A stretch of DNA of 63,253 bases, counting the filler. It is 3 parts of 3 records of this genome, joined end to end, with 100 filler letters (N's around TTAATTAATTAA, not from the genome) between each part and the next. Parts side by side here need not be neighbours in the genome. Positions count along the whole stretch, not along the records: positions 1 to 23,339 come from SRR31156797_702; 2 more parts are not named here. One strand, given 5' to 3'. Below are positions 8,592 through 18,059 of the stretch, piece by piece; the first letter of the stretch is position 1, and each line of letters begins with the position of its first letter. Under the pieces are notes generated by a model. It did no database searches and had not been told where the DNA came from. It saw only the letters and a program-made list of their open reading frames with translations. A program made the translations under genes and the position numbers.

Positions 8592-11500
8592 TTACTGCAC
8601 AGCCTTCCGAGAAACTTTCCACAAATCAACAATAGCCCCTCCTGATATTCTTGACAATTCCTTCATCAAATCTGGCCTAATAATCAGATCGCACCCCAAA
8701 AACTCAGCAGGATCTGTCCACAACGACCAACTCCCCCTGACACGCCATGACCGAAAAACTACAGCAGGTGACATATCCCGGTCCTTTAGCATCAGGGGAG
8801 CACCGAAAGCAGGTAATGAAAACCACATACGACTTTGTAATATTGGCGGGGGAAAGAAGATATAACTGTCGCAAAGCCAATCAGAGACACGTTCCAATGG
8901 AACTAATGGCCCTACCGGCAAGCCTAAATAGTAGTCCTGCACCAAATTTGACCACCAACCGTCAAATTCATCTGGACAAAATGGAAAAGCATCTTCTGGA
9001 ATTTCTAATCCAATTGGCTTAACAATAGCTCCTGAAAAAACAGTCACAACTTCTGTAGGTTTCGAATGCCAAGCAGAGGAATTGGTATAATATTGTCGTT
9101 CAAACAACGCCAACCGAGTCCAACCATGGTAGGTGGAATTATCATCAATCACGAACAGTTCATTTTCACCAGACGAACAAGTTACAGGTTTTGGATGGTT
9201 GGGGCGCGGTACACGACTAGCCGCAACACCTAAATGAGTTTTAATTTTGGGCAAAATTGACGCAAGAACTTCTTCCTCAGTCTCTGTGGACCAACGCCCT
9301 TGCTTCCATAAATACTCAGATAAGCCAGTGAGTTGATCATTCAACGCTGTAATATAAAGTTCTTTTTCCCATGATAAGACCGGCGTTGGTGGATTCGCAT
9401 CTCCATCACGGCCAATTGCCAGTTCACGGACCGATCGACCATGTTCGCTATTATATTCCCCACTATACCAAATCTCTCGCCAACGCCCTGAAACATAATT
9501 CTGCAACTCTGGCCATGTTTCAGCGAGCCCCTCCGGAATTTTACAAACTCTTCCTGACAATCCGTCAGAAATATCTTCAAATTCCTGAAAACAACTTTTT
9601 CCACGCGGAATTCGCAACCCCACTCTTTCTAACAATATTCCAGCTAATTTACTTGCACCCCAGCTATCACCAGCAGCATAAAGTTCTAGGAGTTTGGACA
9701 CCCCACAAACAATTACATCTGTAGATCTACCAAGTTCATTTAAAACATTAAAAAGAATCAAAACAGAGGACATATGCGCCCCATGTGACAGCCACCAACC
9801 AAAAGGTTTTATAACATCTTGCGGACAATTCTTAAAAGCCCAAGCAATGCCACCCAGGGCACCAAATTTACGAGAGATCCTAGGCTCAGCCATACGTGCT
9901 AGAAGAACTGCTATCAAAGCTTCAGTCAGTGTCCAATCAAATTCATTGTCACATTCAAAACTAGCAAAAGGACCACCATCATTAGGGGATAGAGGTAACC
10001 TATGTGCGACAACAGCAAATATCTCATCCCATGACTTATTTGCTGCACTCTCATCTCCCCAATCAGACACTCGTTTAATCAAATTTCGCGAAAGTCCGGA
10101 AGGATACCAACTGGCTTTAAGCGCATTACCAATTTCATCTGAAATTGTCCGCAGAGCTAACTCTCGATCAAGTTGTATTGCTCTATCCATCCAAGCTGAA
10201 TGCTTACTCCCTCCTAAATTAAGCCACCCGCCGCCGCCTCGAGACGATGTGTATGCAAGCACATAGGCAATCGTCGCTAAATCAATATATCCTGCATTCT
10301 CCATAGATTCTGCCAAACGACTTAACGGATGCGATGCAGCTGAAGGATAATGCGTAATATCCCTTGCAATAAAACGAAGAACACGTTTGGAATCTTCTTC
10401 GCGTCCTTTAGCTGCAAAATCGCAAAGAATATACCCTAGCGAAAGAACAACCTCATCCCATGCAGTGGGGTCTTCCCAGTTATAGAAATTATTCCCAGAA
10501 CGTAATCCGGCAAGAATGCCAACCATGCTCGCATCCTGAGGGAAAGGAGAAATACGTTCCCGCGTATCCCTATCTTTACGTCTTTCCCTGTCATAAATTT
10601 GTCTTGAATTAGCTTTATTCAATTCTTCAGAGGCAACCGGAGGATATGATATGCACAAATCTTTTTCATCTACCACCTTATTAAAATGAGAATAGATTTC
10701 TGTTTGATGGCTATGTTTGCTGTCATTCAAAATTTCTGCGCTAGCCCGAGCTAACAGACCATCTGTCTCTTCTCGCTCGTCACTGACAAGCTGTAAAACT
10801 GGAGCCAATCTTAAATCAACTTCTTTTACTGCTTCACTTTCATGCTCAACTTCAAAATTTAAAGAACTTAATAATGCATCAATAAGTACAGGATCAACAT
10901 CACCAAGAATGTGTTTAGCAACGTCTTGTAAAGCACCTTCCAACATCCAGCCATCAATCCCATCATCCTCAACTATTGTTTGCGCTAACAACATGACAGA
11001 TTGAACAGGAGAAAATTCTATCAATCTACCAAACCAAGCATTTGGACAATTCCTAGTTTCTCGGAGGTCCGTATGTCTAAGTACAGAATTGGTTAGACAC
11101 TGACACTTCTGTAGAGCTTTCGATGACGGAGCACTCTCTATCAAATCAAACAGCGTAATATCCTTATGGAAGCCATATGCAGCCAAAAATCTCGATGCAC
11201 TATGCCATGCTTCCAATGCTGCTGCTTCATCTCCAGCAGCCTTTCTTGCACGAGCTAGACGCATAGCAAAATCGGCATGTGTCGGATAATAAGTCCCTAC
11301 CTTATCAAATCTCTTTGCCTGTTTCTCAACACCAGCCCGGACTATCGCTCCAATTCTTGACGTAGAAACATGTGGTAAAAGCAAATCAAGAACAGCAGCT
11401 TTGCGTAACGGCCCGCCATCTTCACAATCATAACGTGTACCTGTCTCGGCACAGACTTCTAAAAGAGCAGAAATAGCCTGTTTCCAGTCATCCTCATCCT

Positions 11501-14500
11501 CTAAAAACGACAACGCCAATTGAATGCTCGTGTAAATAATACGCTCTACTTGATATAAATCACATGCACGCGGCTTTCCCGTAAAAGGATGTATGTCTTG
11601 TATAATGGCTTTGAAAGCTGCTTCTATATCTCCCTTTTCCCCCTTGCGTTTAGCTGCTTCCACAGAAGCAATCTCAAGCACAAACTTCAACCAGCAGCGA
11701 TACCACCCCGGCCCGAAAAGCCTTCTATATTCATTCTTGACAATTTTAACTGTTGATTCATCGCCATTCATAAAAAGCCGCGCAGAAGACACCCAAGAAA
11801 AAACATTTACAGCATGCTCATCATAATTCTCTTGGAAAATATCAATATCACTTAACAATATCGCATGCTGTACGCATGCATCATAAGCAGCCCCATGAAA
11901 CAAACACGCAATCGCAAGCTCTGGAGAATCAATGTGCTCAACAGCTTGATTTGCGGCTATTGCTGCAGCATCAAAATTTCCTAATCTTTTATATTCATCT
12001 GCCAAGCCCAATCGCAAAACAGCAGCAACTTTTGGTGATAACTTTCTTTCCTCAGATGGATAGTCTGCAAGAGCGGCTATACGTTCCACAAGTGAAGTAC
12101 TGTGCATTCGCGCCAGCCGAGCTGCAACTTGCCGGACAAACCCAGTTCTGAAAGTTCCCCCCAAGGATCTAAGATACCGGACAACCCTGCCTATTATTCG
12201 ACTGTCGCCCAGTCGAAGACGTCCTTGTAATACAGCAATCTTTAAACGCTCATCTTCCACTAAGAAATCTTGATCATCCGGCATATTTCTAAGAATAGGG
12301 AACTCTGTATCATCCCGCAGCTCCAAATATTCACGCCAAGGGGCAGTTCCACCGGCATCATCTATTAATTGGCACGCCATAAGACCATCTTCACGTCCCC
12401 GCATTACTCGCCCATCGAAAATCAATCTCTCAGCAAACGCATCAACTCCAAACAGGTCAAGATAAGCATTCCAATAATCGCCCCAAAAGCCATGAATTTC
12501 TTCAAATGCTGTGTATGCAGATCTATGCAACTCTGCACATCGAACCATTACAGGCCAATTCTGCGAAGAGGCAGCAACATCAGCCGCGAGAGCAATATTT
12601 TTCTCTATTGCTTGCAACGGATGTGCATATGCCAAGCTATCAGACACAAAAGTTGTGCTCACATGCTCCAAGACTTCACTTCCGCGCCCAGCACGCCTTA
12701 AAGCCGGTAGCAAAAATCTATAACTTCGAGCATCTTTAAATAAGCCTCGCCCCACAAGCCAACTAATCACAGGCTCTAGCGCACCACCTAATGATCGCCC
12801 TTGCCGCATCAACTCATCCTTCATGAATCTACGAAAACTTTCATGAAAGATACGGACTCCACCCTGTCCTTGCGTTATCGTAAGAACGGACTTTAAACTG
12901 TCTAAAGCAGGCTTAACAAAACCTCTCATGAATGCAGGAAAAATCTCACGCAGGTCTTCTTCTGAAACTGAAAAATCTATAACACCCAGAACATCCGCTA
13001 TGCCCTGAGCTTCCTGACTCGCTTTGCTGTATAGATATGCATAGTACTCGGCAATATCCCCAGCCAAAGCAGGAGTATTCTCAAGCCACTCGACTGGATC
13101 AATGATATTTCCTGATTTAAGACCAATCGCCAGACCATGAGATAAATATCTAGTATAAAGAGGATTCCCATCAGCTCGATCAGCCAAAACATCAAGAATT
13201 CGTTGCTGAAAACCTTGCTCAGTAATTCCAACAATATTCATGGCCTCTTCAACGCCATGACGCCGAGCCAAAGCCTTAATGTCGCTTGTGTCCCATGCTG
13301 GCAATTGATGCTCAACAAGTGAGTCTCCCCACCATTCATGTAAAGACCTTAAATGCTCCCCTGGTTGCGAACCAATAATAATTCCGACCCCAGTGGGAAT
13401 ATTGAGCGTTGCGAGACGATCAACAATATCAACATCTCCATCACTTAATGAAAATGCATCAGCCTGGACACGCGCTATGTGGTCCAAACCATCGACAATC
13501 AAAACGACTGGACGGTCCAGTTTAGCAGCCTCTACCAACTTGTCTTCAAGCTCTCTTAGCCCTGCCGAATAACGGGCACCTCCCAAATCTAGTAAAGCAG
13601 GTTCGCCATCCACCAACTCGGCAAGAAGATTGCCGAACAGAGTATTCGTCGTTATGCGTTGTTCAACAAGATCATCTCCAGGTTCCAGATAACAATAATG
13701 CCTTGCTACAATAGCACCTTCTTGCTCCAATTCTTCAGAAAGGCGTGTCAATTCCCAGGATTTTCCCGCTCCGGGTTGTCCAACTACCAACTGAAGTTTG
13801 CCCTCTATAGCAGCCCGTAATAATTCACCCCGAAAATTTGGGCGGTTATGAAACTTTGAAGCATCTACAGGAAAAGATTGCGAAACCCGCCCAAAATCTG
13901 TCCTTATTACCAAATTACGTTCAACATCAGCAGGAATTAAAGACAGCTCTTTGGTTCTGGCCAAATTTGCAAGAGAAATAGCCAAAGCGGCAACATCATC
14001 AGGATTTCTGTCGTGGTTCGGATAGCGGCCTATTCCAACACCATCAGCCAACAACTTAACCAAAGCAGATTCCATTTCTTTTGGAGTGGTGAGATCTGTT
14101 GAAGTCTGGGGCAATGAAATTTCAATTACGAACCGTTTGCAAAATTCTAAAAAATCTTCACGATCAAACTCATCTTCGCGCCCAACAGCCAAACAAGTCC
14201 AAATTGGAGCCATGCCCTCTGGCCATATTTCCCCACCGCGCAATTGGAAAAAAGAAGGACTTCCCCCCTCAAATGTAGGCTCTGCAGAACAATCCTCTAA
14301 AAATTTTAATAATTCATCATCAGAAGAAGGTGGCTGCCATGTGGCACACAACCTATATTCATGGGCTGGACCGCGAACATGAGTCAAAACAAGTTTGTCC
14401 ATCCGGAGAGAGGACCTTTCACCTGTAAAATCTGCTATCTTAAGTGGACGATTAGGATCCTGGCTAGATTTGAATTGTCGGCGGATACGCTGCCCTTTTT

Positions 14501-14657
14501 TCACAACTTCGAGATCGTCCAGATTGTCGTCTTTGACCTGCTTGCAATCAACAATCACCTGATCATAACGATCCACCATAGATCGAACTAAAACATAAGC
14601 AGTTGCAATGTCCTGATATCGATATCCCCTATGAGCCGCTTTAAGCCTACCGTTCAT
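8592..14657 (-). CDS. Large STAND/NACHT NTPase with N-terminal Cap4-like PD-(D/E)xK nuclease (Avs-like antiviral candidate)
   Basis: N-terminal AAHRGYRYQD...DDLE...QFK; Walker A GQPGAGKS; Walker B VLIVDGLD; GNPLY and IFHESF motifs; long helical C-terminus; ATG 14657 has a GGAG RBS. Confidence 0.75.
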   Translation of the reverse strand: MNGRLKAAHRGYRYQDIATAYVLVRSMVDRYDQVIVDCKQVKDDNLDDLEVVKKGQRIRRQFKSSQDPNRPLKIADFTGERSSLRMDKLVLTHVRGPAHEYRLCATWQPPSSDDELLKFLEDCSAEPTFEGGSPSFFQLRGGEIWPEGMAPIWTCLAVGREDEFDREDFLEFCKRFVIEISLPQTSTDLTTPKEMESALVKLLADGVGIGRYPNHDRNPDDVAALAISLANLARTKELSLIPADVERNLVIRTDFGRVSQSFPVDASKFHNRPNFRGELLRAAIEGKLQLVVGQPGAGKSWELTRLSEELEQEGAIVARHYCYLEPGDDLVEQRITTNTLFGNLLAELVDGEPALLDLGGARYSAGLRELEDKLVEAAKLDRPVVLIVDGLDHIARVQADAFSLSDGDVDIVDRLATLNIPTGVGIIIGSQPGEHLRSLHEWWGDSLVEHQLPAWDTSDIKALARRHGVEEAMNIVGITEQGFQQRILDVLADRADGNPLYTRYLSHGLAIGLKSGNIIDPVEWLENTPALAGDIAEYYAYLYSKASQEAQGIADVLGVIDFSVSEEDLREIFPAFMRGFVKPALDSLKSVLTITQGQGGVRIFHESFRRFMKDELMRQGRSLGGALEPVISWLVGRGLFKDARSYRFLLPALRRAGRGSEVLEHVSTTFVSDSLAYAHPLQAIEKNIALAADVAASSQNWPVMVRCAELHRSAYTAFEEIHGFWGDYWNAYLDLFGVDAFAERLIFDGRVMRGREDGLMACQLIDDAGGTAPWREYLELRDDTEFPILRNMPDDQDFLVEDERLKIAVLQGRLRLGDSRIIGRVVRYLRSLGGTFRTGFVRQVAARLARMHSTSLVERIAALADYPSEERKLSPKVAAVLRLGLADEYKRLGNFDAAAIAANQAVEHIDSPELAIACLFHGAAYDACVQHAILLSDIDIFQENYDEHAVNVFSWVSSARLFMNGDESTVKIVKNEYRRLFGPGWYRCWLKFVLEIASVEAAKRKGEKGDIEAAFKAIIQDIHPFTGKPRACDLYQVERIIYTSIQLALSFLEDEDDWKQAISALLEVCAETGTRYDCEDGGPLRKAAVLDLLLPHVSTSRIGAIVRAGVEKQAKRFDKVGTYYPTHADFAMRLARARKAAGDEAAALEAWHSASRFLAAYGFHKDITLFDLIESAPSSKALQKCQCLTNSVLRHTDLRETRNCPNAWFGRLIEFSPVQSVMLLAQTIVEDDGIDGWMLEGALQDVAKHILGDVDPVLIDALLSSLNFEVEHESEAVKEVDLRLAPVLQLVSDEREETDGLLARASAEILNDSKHSHQTEIYSHFNKVVDEKDLCISYPPVASEELNKANSRQIYDRERRKDRDTRERISPFPQDASMVGILAGLRSGNNFYNWEDPTAWDEVVLSLGYILCDFAAKGREEDSKRVLRFIARDITHYPSAASHPLSRLAESMENAGYIDLATIAYVLAYTSSRGGGGWLNLGGSKHSAWMDRAIQLDRELALRTISDEIGNALKASWYPSGLSRNLIKRVSDWGDESAANKSWDEIFAVVAHRLPLSPNDGGPFASFECDNEFDWTLTEALIAVLLARMAEPRISRKFGALGGIAWAFKNCPQDVIKPFGWWLSHGAHMSSVLILFNVLNELGRSTDVIVCGVSKLLELYAAGDSWGASKLAGILLERVGLRIPRGKSCFQEFEDISDGLSGRVCKIPEGLAETWPELQNYVSGRWREIWYSGEYNSEHGRSVRELAIGRDGDANPPTPVLSWEKELYITALNDQLTGLSEYLWKQGRWSTETEEEVLASILPKIKTHLGVAASRVPRPNHPKPVTCSSGENELFVIDDNSTYHGWTRLALFERQYYTNSSAWHSKPTEVVTVFSGAIVKPIGLEIPEDAFPFCPDEFDGWWSNLVQDYYLGLPVGPLVPLERVSDWLCDSYIFFPPPILQSRMWFSLPAFGAPLMLKDRDMSPAVVFRSWRVRGSWSLWTDPAEFLGCDLIIRPDLMKELSRISGGAIVDLWKVSRKAVQ

Positions 14658-15029
14658 AATTTCTCCATATAGATATCCGAATAACCTAACAGTCACCCTA
14701 CACAGAAGTACCAACCGAAATATTCATGAAACCGATTTCTTAGCATTAAACATCAATTGAAATATTTATTTATCCCGATACACATAAACGGTTACAAAAT
14801 CTAATAGCAAACACTTTTCTCAAGTATGGAACACCATAAAAAGTTGCCCTCCCCCGAAATAAGCCTACCATTAATTTTGCCATAATTAATGGACAGTACA
14901 AATCTGAACGGCTCAATCGTATTCGAGTCAAAACCAATTGTCATTTAAACGGGCTAAACATTGGAAGATAAATCTGGGCTAGGTTAGTGCTGAACCAGGT
15001 AATAAGATGACAAACATCTTATCTTTAAT

Positions 15030-15057
15030 AAAAAAAGGGGCTGAAATACAGCCCCTT
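15030..15057 (-). terminator. Terminator for the leftward small-protein operon
   Basis: AAGGGGCTG-AAATA-CAGCCCCTT with an A tract on the left (U tract on the minus strand). Confidence 0.65.
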
Positions 15058-15168
15058 AGCAATCATACGGCTTTCACCGTTCATTTTATTTAATTTTCTA
15101 AATATACTACAAAAGCAACGAAAAAAAACACTTATACAGAATAATTCTCCCAAGATTTCACAAATTAA

Positions 15169-15660
15169 TTAGTTATTGATTTGTTCACAGTCAGGGCATT
15201 TCCAAGACTTTCCTTTATTTAAAAGTAAGCCATACCAGACAAAACACCAGAATCCGGAAGTGAACAGCATCATCAACAAGTGTAAGCTGTGATTGATCAT
15301 ATTGCGTGTCGGCTCAACCTTTCCGCCACAATTGTTGCACAATAAAATTTCGTGTCTCTCAGTTCTTTTCTCGTCTGCCCTCCTGTAAGCATACTGATAA
15401 ACTTTATACATGATGAATCCAAAGAACATCGCAGCAACAATGGCAAAGCCAAAGATATTAATAAAAAATGAATCAACTCTATATGAAGAAAAAGTTTTGA
15501 TTGCATATGAGAATAGAAAAAATACACCTATGACGGATGAATAAGATACTATCTTACCCAAAAGTCTGGCTTCTCCATAACCTGCATTCCTTCTATAGTG
15601 ATTTACTGCTCCTGCAACCAACGCTAAGACAAGAACAATTAAAAACGGTATTGCTAACAC
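15169..15660 (-). CDS. Membrane protein with C-terminal split zinc ribbon (LITAF-like architecture)
   Basis: Three N-terminal hydrophobic segments, then CNNC - hydrophobic stretch - CPDC. Confidence 0.6.
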   Translation of the reverse strand: MLAIPFLIVLVLALVAGAVNHYRRNAGYGEARLLGKIVSYSSVIGVFFLFSYAIKTFSSYRVDSFFINIFGFAIVAAMFFGFIMYKVYQYAYRRADEKRTERHEILLCNNCGGKVEPTRNMINHSLHLLMMLFTSGFWCFVWYGLLLNKGKSWKCPDCEQINN

Positions 15661-15696
15661 ATGTATTCCTTGTTGCTCGACAGCTAACCATTTAAA

Positions 15697-15783
15697 TTAG
15701 CTTTTGCTGACCCTGCCGACTAAAAAACCGACTCCATAAGCGACTGCAAAGCAAACTACTACACCGACTAAGATAGTAACCAT
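15697..15783 (-). CDS. Putative 28-aa hydrophobic micropeptide
   Basis: MVTILVGVVVCFAVAYGVGFLVGRVSKS*, AGAGGA RBS; not in the ORF track. Confidence 0.45.
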   Translation of the reverse strand: MVTILVGVVVCFAVAYGVGFLVGRVSKS

Positions 15784-15813
15784 AAAATCCTCTAATATTT
15801 TGATCCGTTAAAA

Positions 15814-15882
15814 CTATTTTCGTCCAGCCAGTACACCTAAAAGAAATCCGACAACTAAAACAATTACTAGAATGAAATGCAT
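15814..15882 (-). CDS. Putative 22-aa hydrophobic micropeptide
   Basis: MHFILVIVLVVGFLLGVLAGRK*, AAGGGA RBS; not in the ORF track. Confidence 0.4.
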   Translation of the reverse strand: MHFILVIVLVVGFLLGVLAGRK

Positions 15883-15932
15883 AATATTCCCTTTTCAAGG
15901 TATTCGATACAAAGCAAAATTTGCTAATGAAT

Positions 15933-16304
15933 CTATTTTTCAAGCGAACTCAAGTCGATAAACATGTTTGCAAATTCATGGAATTCTTTATCTTCAATGC
16001 CCAATAAAAAAGAGTGTAAACTCATGAAAGTTACGCCTTTCTCAAGAGGGTTTTCTCTTTCAGCCATACGCCAATACAGTGAGGTGAAGGCTTCTTGCCG
16101 ATCAGAGTTGAGCCCTTTAAAGTCAACAAGTTCTTGTAGGAACTCATATACAACCGCCTCTTTGCCGCTGCTTTCAATGTACATATTGCTGTAGTGCTCG
16201 ATCCTTTCATCGTTCATCGATTTTTCACTAGCGGTAACGACCTGTTTAAACTGGCTGGCTATATCATTCTGAAAATTACTGACATTTTGTCTGACAGAGT
16301 TCAT
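15933..16304 (-). CDS. Hypothetical protein
   Basis: 123-aa ORF with AAGGAG RBS, divergent from the XRE gene. Confidence 0.6.
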   Translation of the reverse strand: MNSVRQNVSNFQNDIASQFKQVVTASEKSMNDERIEHYSNMYIESSGKEAVVYEFLQELVDFKGLNSDRQEAFTSLYWRMAERENPLEKGVTFMSLHSFLLGIEDKEFHEFANMFIDLSSLEK

Positions 16305-16426
16305 AACTGCTCCTTTTTGTTATTTTTATTACCTATCGTTCCATCATTTAGCTAACACTTAGCACTTATCGGTGTCTTTATTCAAGTTTAAATATCACTG
16401 TTAGTGGGTTTAAAATAAGAACAAAA

Positions 16427-16451
16427 CTCCTCATGACTTAAACATGAGGAG
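16427..16451. promoter_or_regulatory. Inverted repeat overlapping the XRE ribosome-binding site
   Basis: CTCCTCATG-N7-CATGAGGAG; the right arm is the GAGGAG RBS. Confidence 0.45.
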
Positions 16452-16457
16452 AATGAC

Positions 16458-16799
16458 GTGAGTAAATCTACCGAAATTGTTGGAAAAAATATCAGGCGGC
16501 TACGTAAAGGCTTGAACCTCAGCCAGCAGCAAATGGCTGAGCGCGTGGGTATAAGCTACAAATATCTTGGGGAAATTGAGCGTGGAGAGGTCAATCTGTC
16601 AGTTGAAATTCTGATGAAGATTTCCAATGCGCTACAGATTGCGCCTGAGAAGATGCTTGCGCCAGAGGACCAAGGAAACAGCACACTCCTTGAGGCGCAG
16701 GCCGTTCTGGCGGAGCTATCTCCGCAGCAGTTGGAGATTGCGTTAGATATGATAAAAGTGTTGAAAAAACATTCAAATACCGACCTTAAAAGCGGTTAA
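16458..16799 (+). CDS. XRE-family HTH transcriptional regulator
   Basis: IRRLRKGLNLSQQQMAERVGISYKYLGEIERG, cro/C1-type HTH. Confidence 0.9.
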   Translation: MSKSTEIVGKNIRRLRKGLNLSQQQMAERVGISYKYLGEIERGEVNLSVEILMKISNALQIAPEKMLAPEDQGNSTLLEAQAVLAELSPQQLEIALDMIKVLKKHSNTDLKSG

Positions 16800-16863
16800 G
16801 TGCTTCTCAAATAATTTCAGACATATATTACTCCTGTAGAAAGAAGATCTTTTTTAATTTCTC

Positions 16864-16903
16864 AGTCCCTGTCCGGTCTTTCCGAGCAGGGACTTTTCTA
16901 TTT
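16864..16903 (+). terminator. Terminator-like hairpin before the ERF RBS
   Basis: AGTCCCTG...CAGGGACT stem followed by TTTCTATTT, then AGGAGG. Confidence 0.55.
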
Positions 16904-16916
16904 CAGGAGGTCGTAT

Positions 16917-17594
16917 ATGAATGAAACGAACCTTTGTTCCCCGGAAATCACGGAACTGGCTGGGGCAATGCTCAGGGTGCAGCAGGCTTTGAAACCTGCT
17001 GCAAAGGATGGACAGAACAATTTTACAAACAGCAGGTACGCCAGCCTACAATCGGTAATGGAAACGTGCCGGGAAGCCCTGCTGGCGAACGGGATCTGGC
17101 TGACCCAGCTCCCGGTGCAGGTGGAGAATGGAAGCCTTGGATTGGTCAGTAAGATCGTCCATGCGGAATCAGGACAGTGGCAGTCTTCCCTACTGGTGAT
17201 GCCGCTGCCGAAAGGAGATCCGCAGGGCTACGGATCAGCCATGACCTATGCCCGTCGTTACGGACTTACGGCTTTGGTCGGAATAGTTACTGAACACGAT
17301 GATGACGGTGAAGGGTCGTGCCGCCCGCAAAATCAAAACAATGAATATAACCCCGGCAGACACTTGGGTTCTGCAACTCACACAGCATCCAAAAGTCAGT
17401 CTGAAGGTAACGGGTCAGGACAGCCTTTACCTCGTCTTGAGGGAGTTCTGTACCGCAAGGAAAAAGCACGGGATGGCAAGCCCTGCATTCTGGCAACAGG
17501 TAACACACTTCCGCAAAAAGATTCATTACGGAAGGCCGGGTTTCGCTGGGATGGTAATCGCAAATTATGGTGGAAGTATGAGCAGGCCGCATAG
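16917..17594 (+). CDS. ERF-family single-strand annealing protein
   Basis: SRYASLQSV, HAESGQW, PQGYGSAMTYARRYGL, DDDG motifs. Confidence 0.88.
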   Translation: MNETNLCSPEITELAGAMLRVQQALKPAAKDGQNNFTNSRYASLQSVMETCREALLANGIWLTQLPVQVENGSLGLVSKIVHAESGQWQSSLLVMPLPKGDPQGYGSAMTYARRYGLTALVGIVTEHDDDGEGSCRPQNQNNEYNPGRHLGSATHTASKSQSEGNGSGQPLPRLEGVLYRKEKARDGKPCILATGNTLPQKDSLRKAGFRWDGNRKLWWKYEQAA

Positions 17595-17622
17595 CCGATA
17601 AAAAAATTTAACGCAGCAAATG

Positions 17623-17652
17623 AAGCGCGTCTCTTAGGAGGCGCGCTTTTTT
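17623..17652 (+). terminator. Terminator-like hairpin after ERF
   Basis: AAGCGCGTCTC-TTAG-GAGGCGCGCTT plus T run. Confidence 0.65.
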
Positions 17653-17671
17653 ATTGCCTAAAGGAGTAAAT

Positions 17672-18058
17672 ATGGAACCCCTCAGTGACATCACGATTTT
17701 TCTTTCCAGTCTAGGACTCACAAAATTTAACAACAAACTGGCTGAAGCCCAAAGGAAATTGACTAAGCCTGAATTGGTGGCCTTGCAGGAAATGCTGGAA
17801 GAAAACGTCAGCAGCCAGACCGGTCAGGGGTACGGCGGGCATCTCTTTTACTGGACCCGGACAGCATGGGATAAACGCCACCCCTTAGTTTCGTTAATGG
17901 AATCGGTGTTGGAAGAACTCGATACCGTCGACTACAGCTTCTTGCGCATCGGCGAAGATGAAAGTGATTTTGAAATCCGTGGCGACTACTACAACAACCC
18001 TTTTGATAATCCGGACGGCCTGATCCAGCAGACAATGTCCGGGCATTGCGGAGGATAA
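17672..18058 (+). CDS. Hypothetical protein
   Basis: AAGGAG RBS before ATG 17672; stop is 1 nt before the next gene. Confidence 0.65.
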   Translation: MEPLSDITIFLSSLGLTKFNNKLAEAQRKLTKPELVALQEMLEENVSSQTGQGYGGHLFYWTRTAWDKRHPLVSLMESVLEELDTVDYSFLRIGEDESDFEIRGDYYNNPFDNPDGLIQQTMSGHCGG

Positions 18059-18059
18059 C

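Noticed and set aside
8482-8865. 127-aa ORF after the primase gene
   Set aside because: Starts in the AT-rich iteron region and overlaps the STAND gene antisense; likely spurious.
15692-15943. 83-aa ORF from the track
   Set aside because: No clear RBS or protein character; the region is better explained by two small ORFs with RBSs in other frames.
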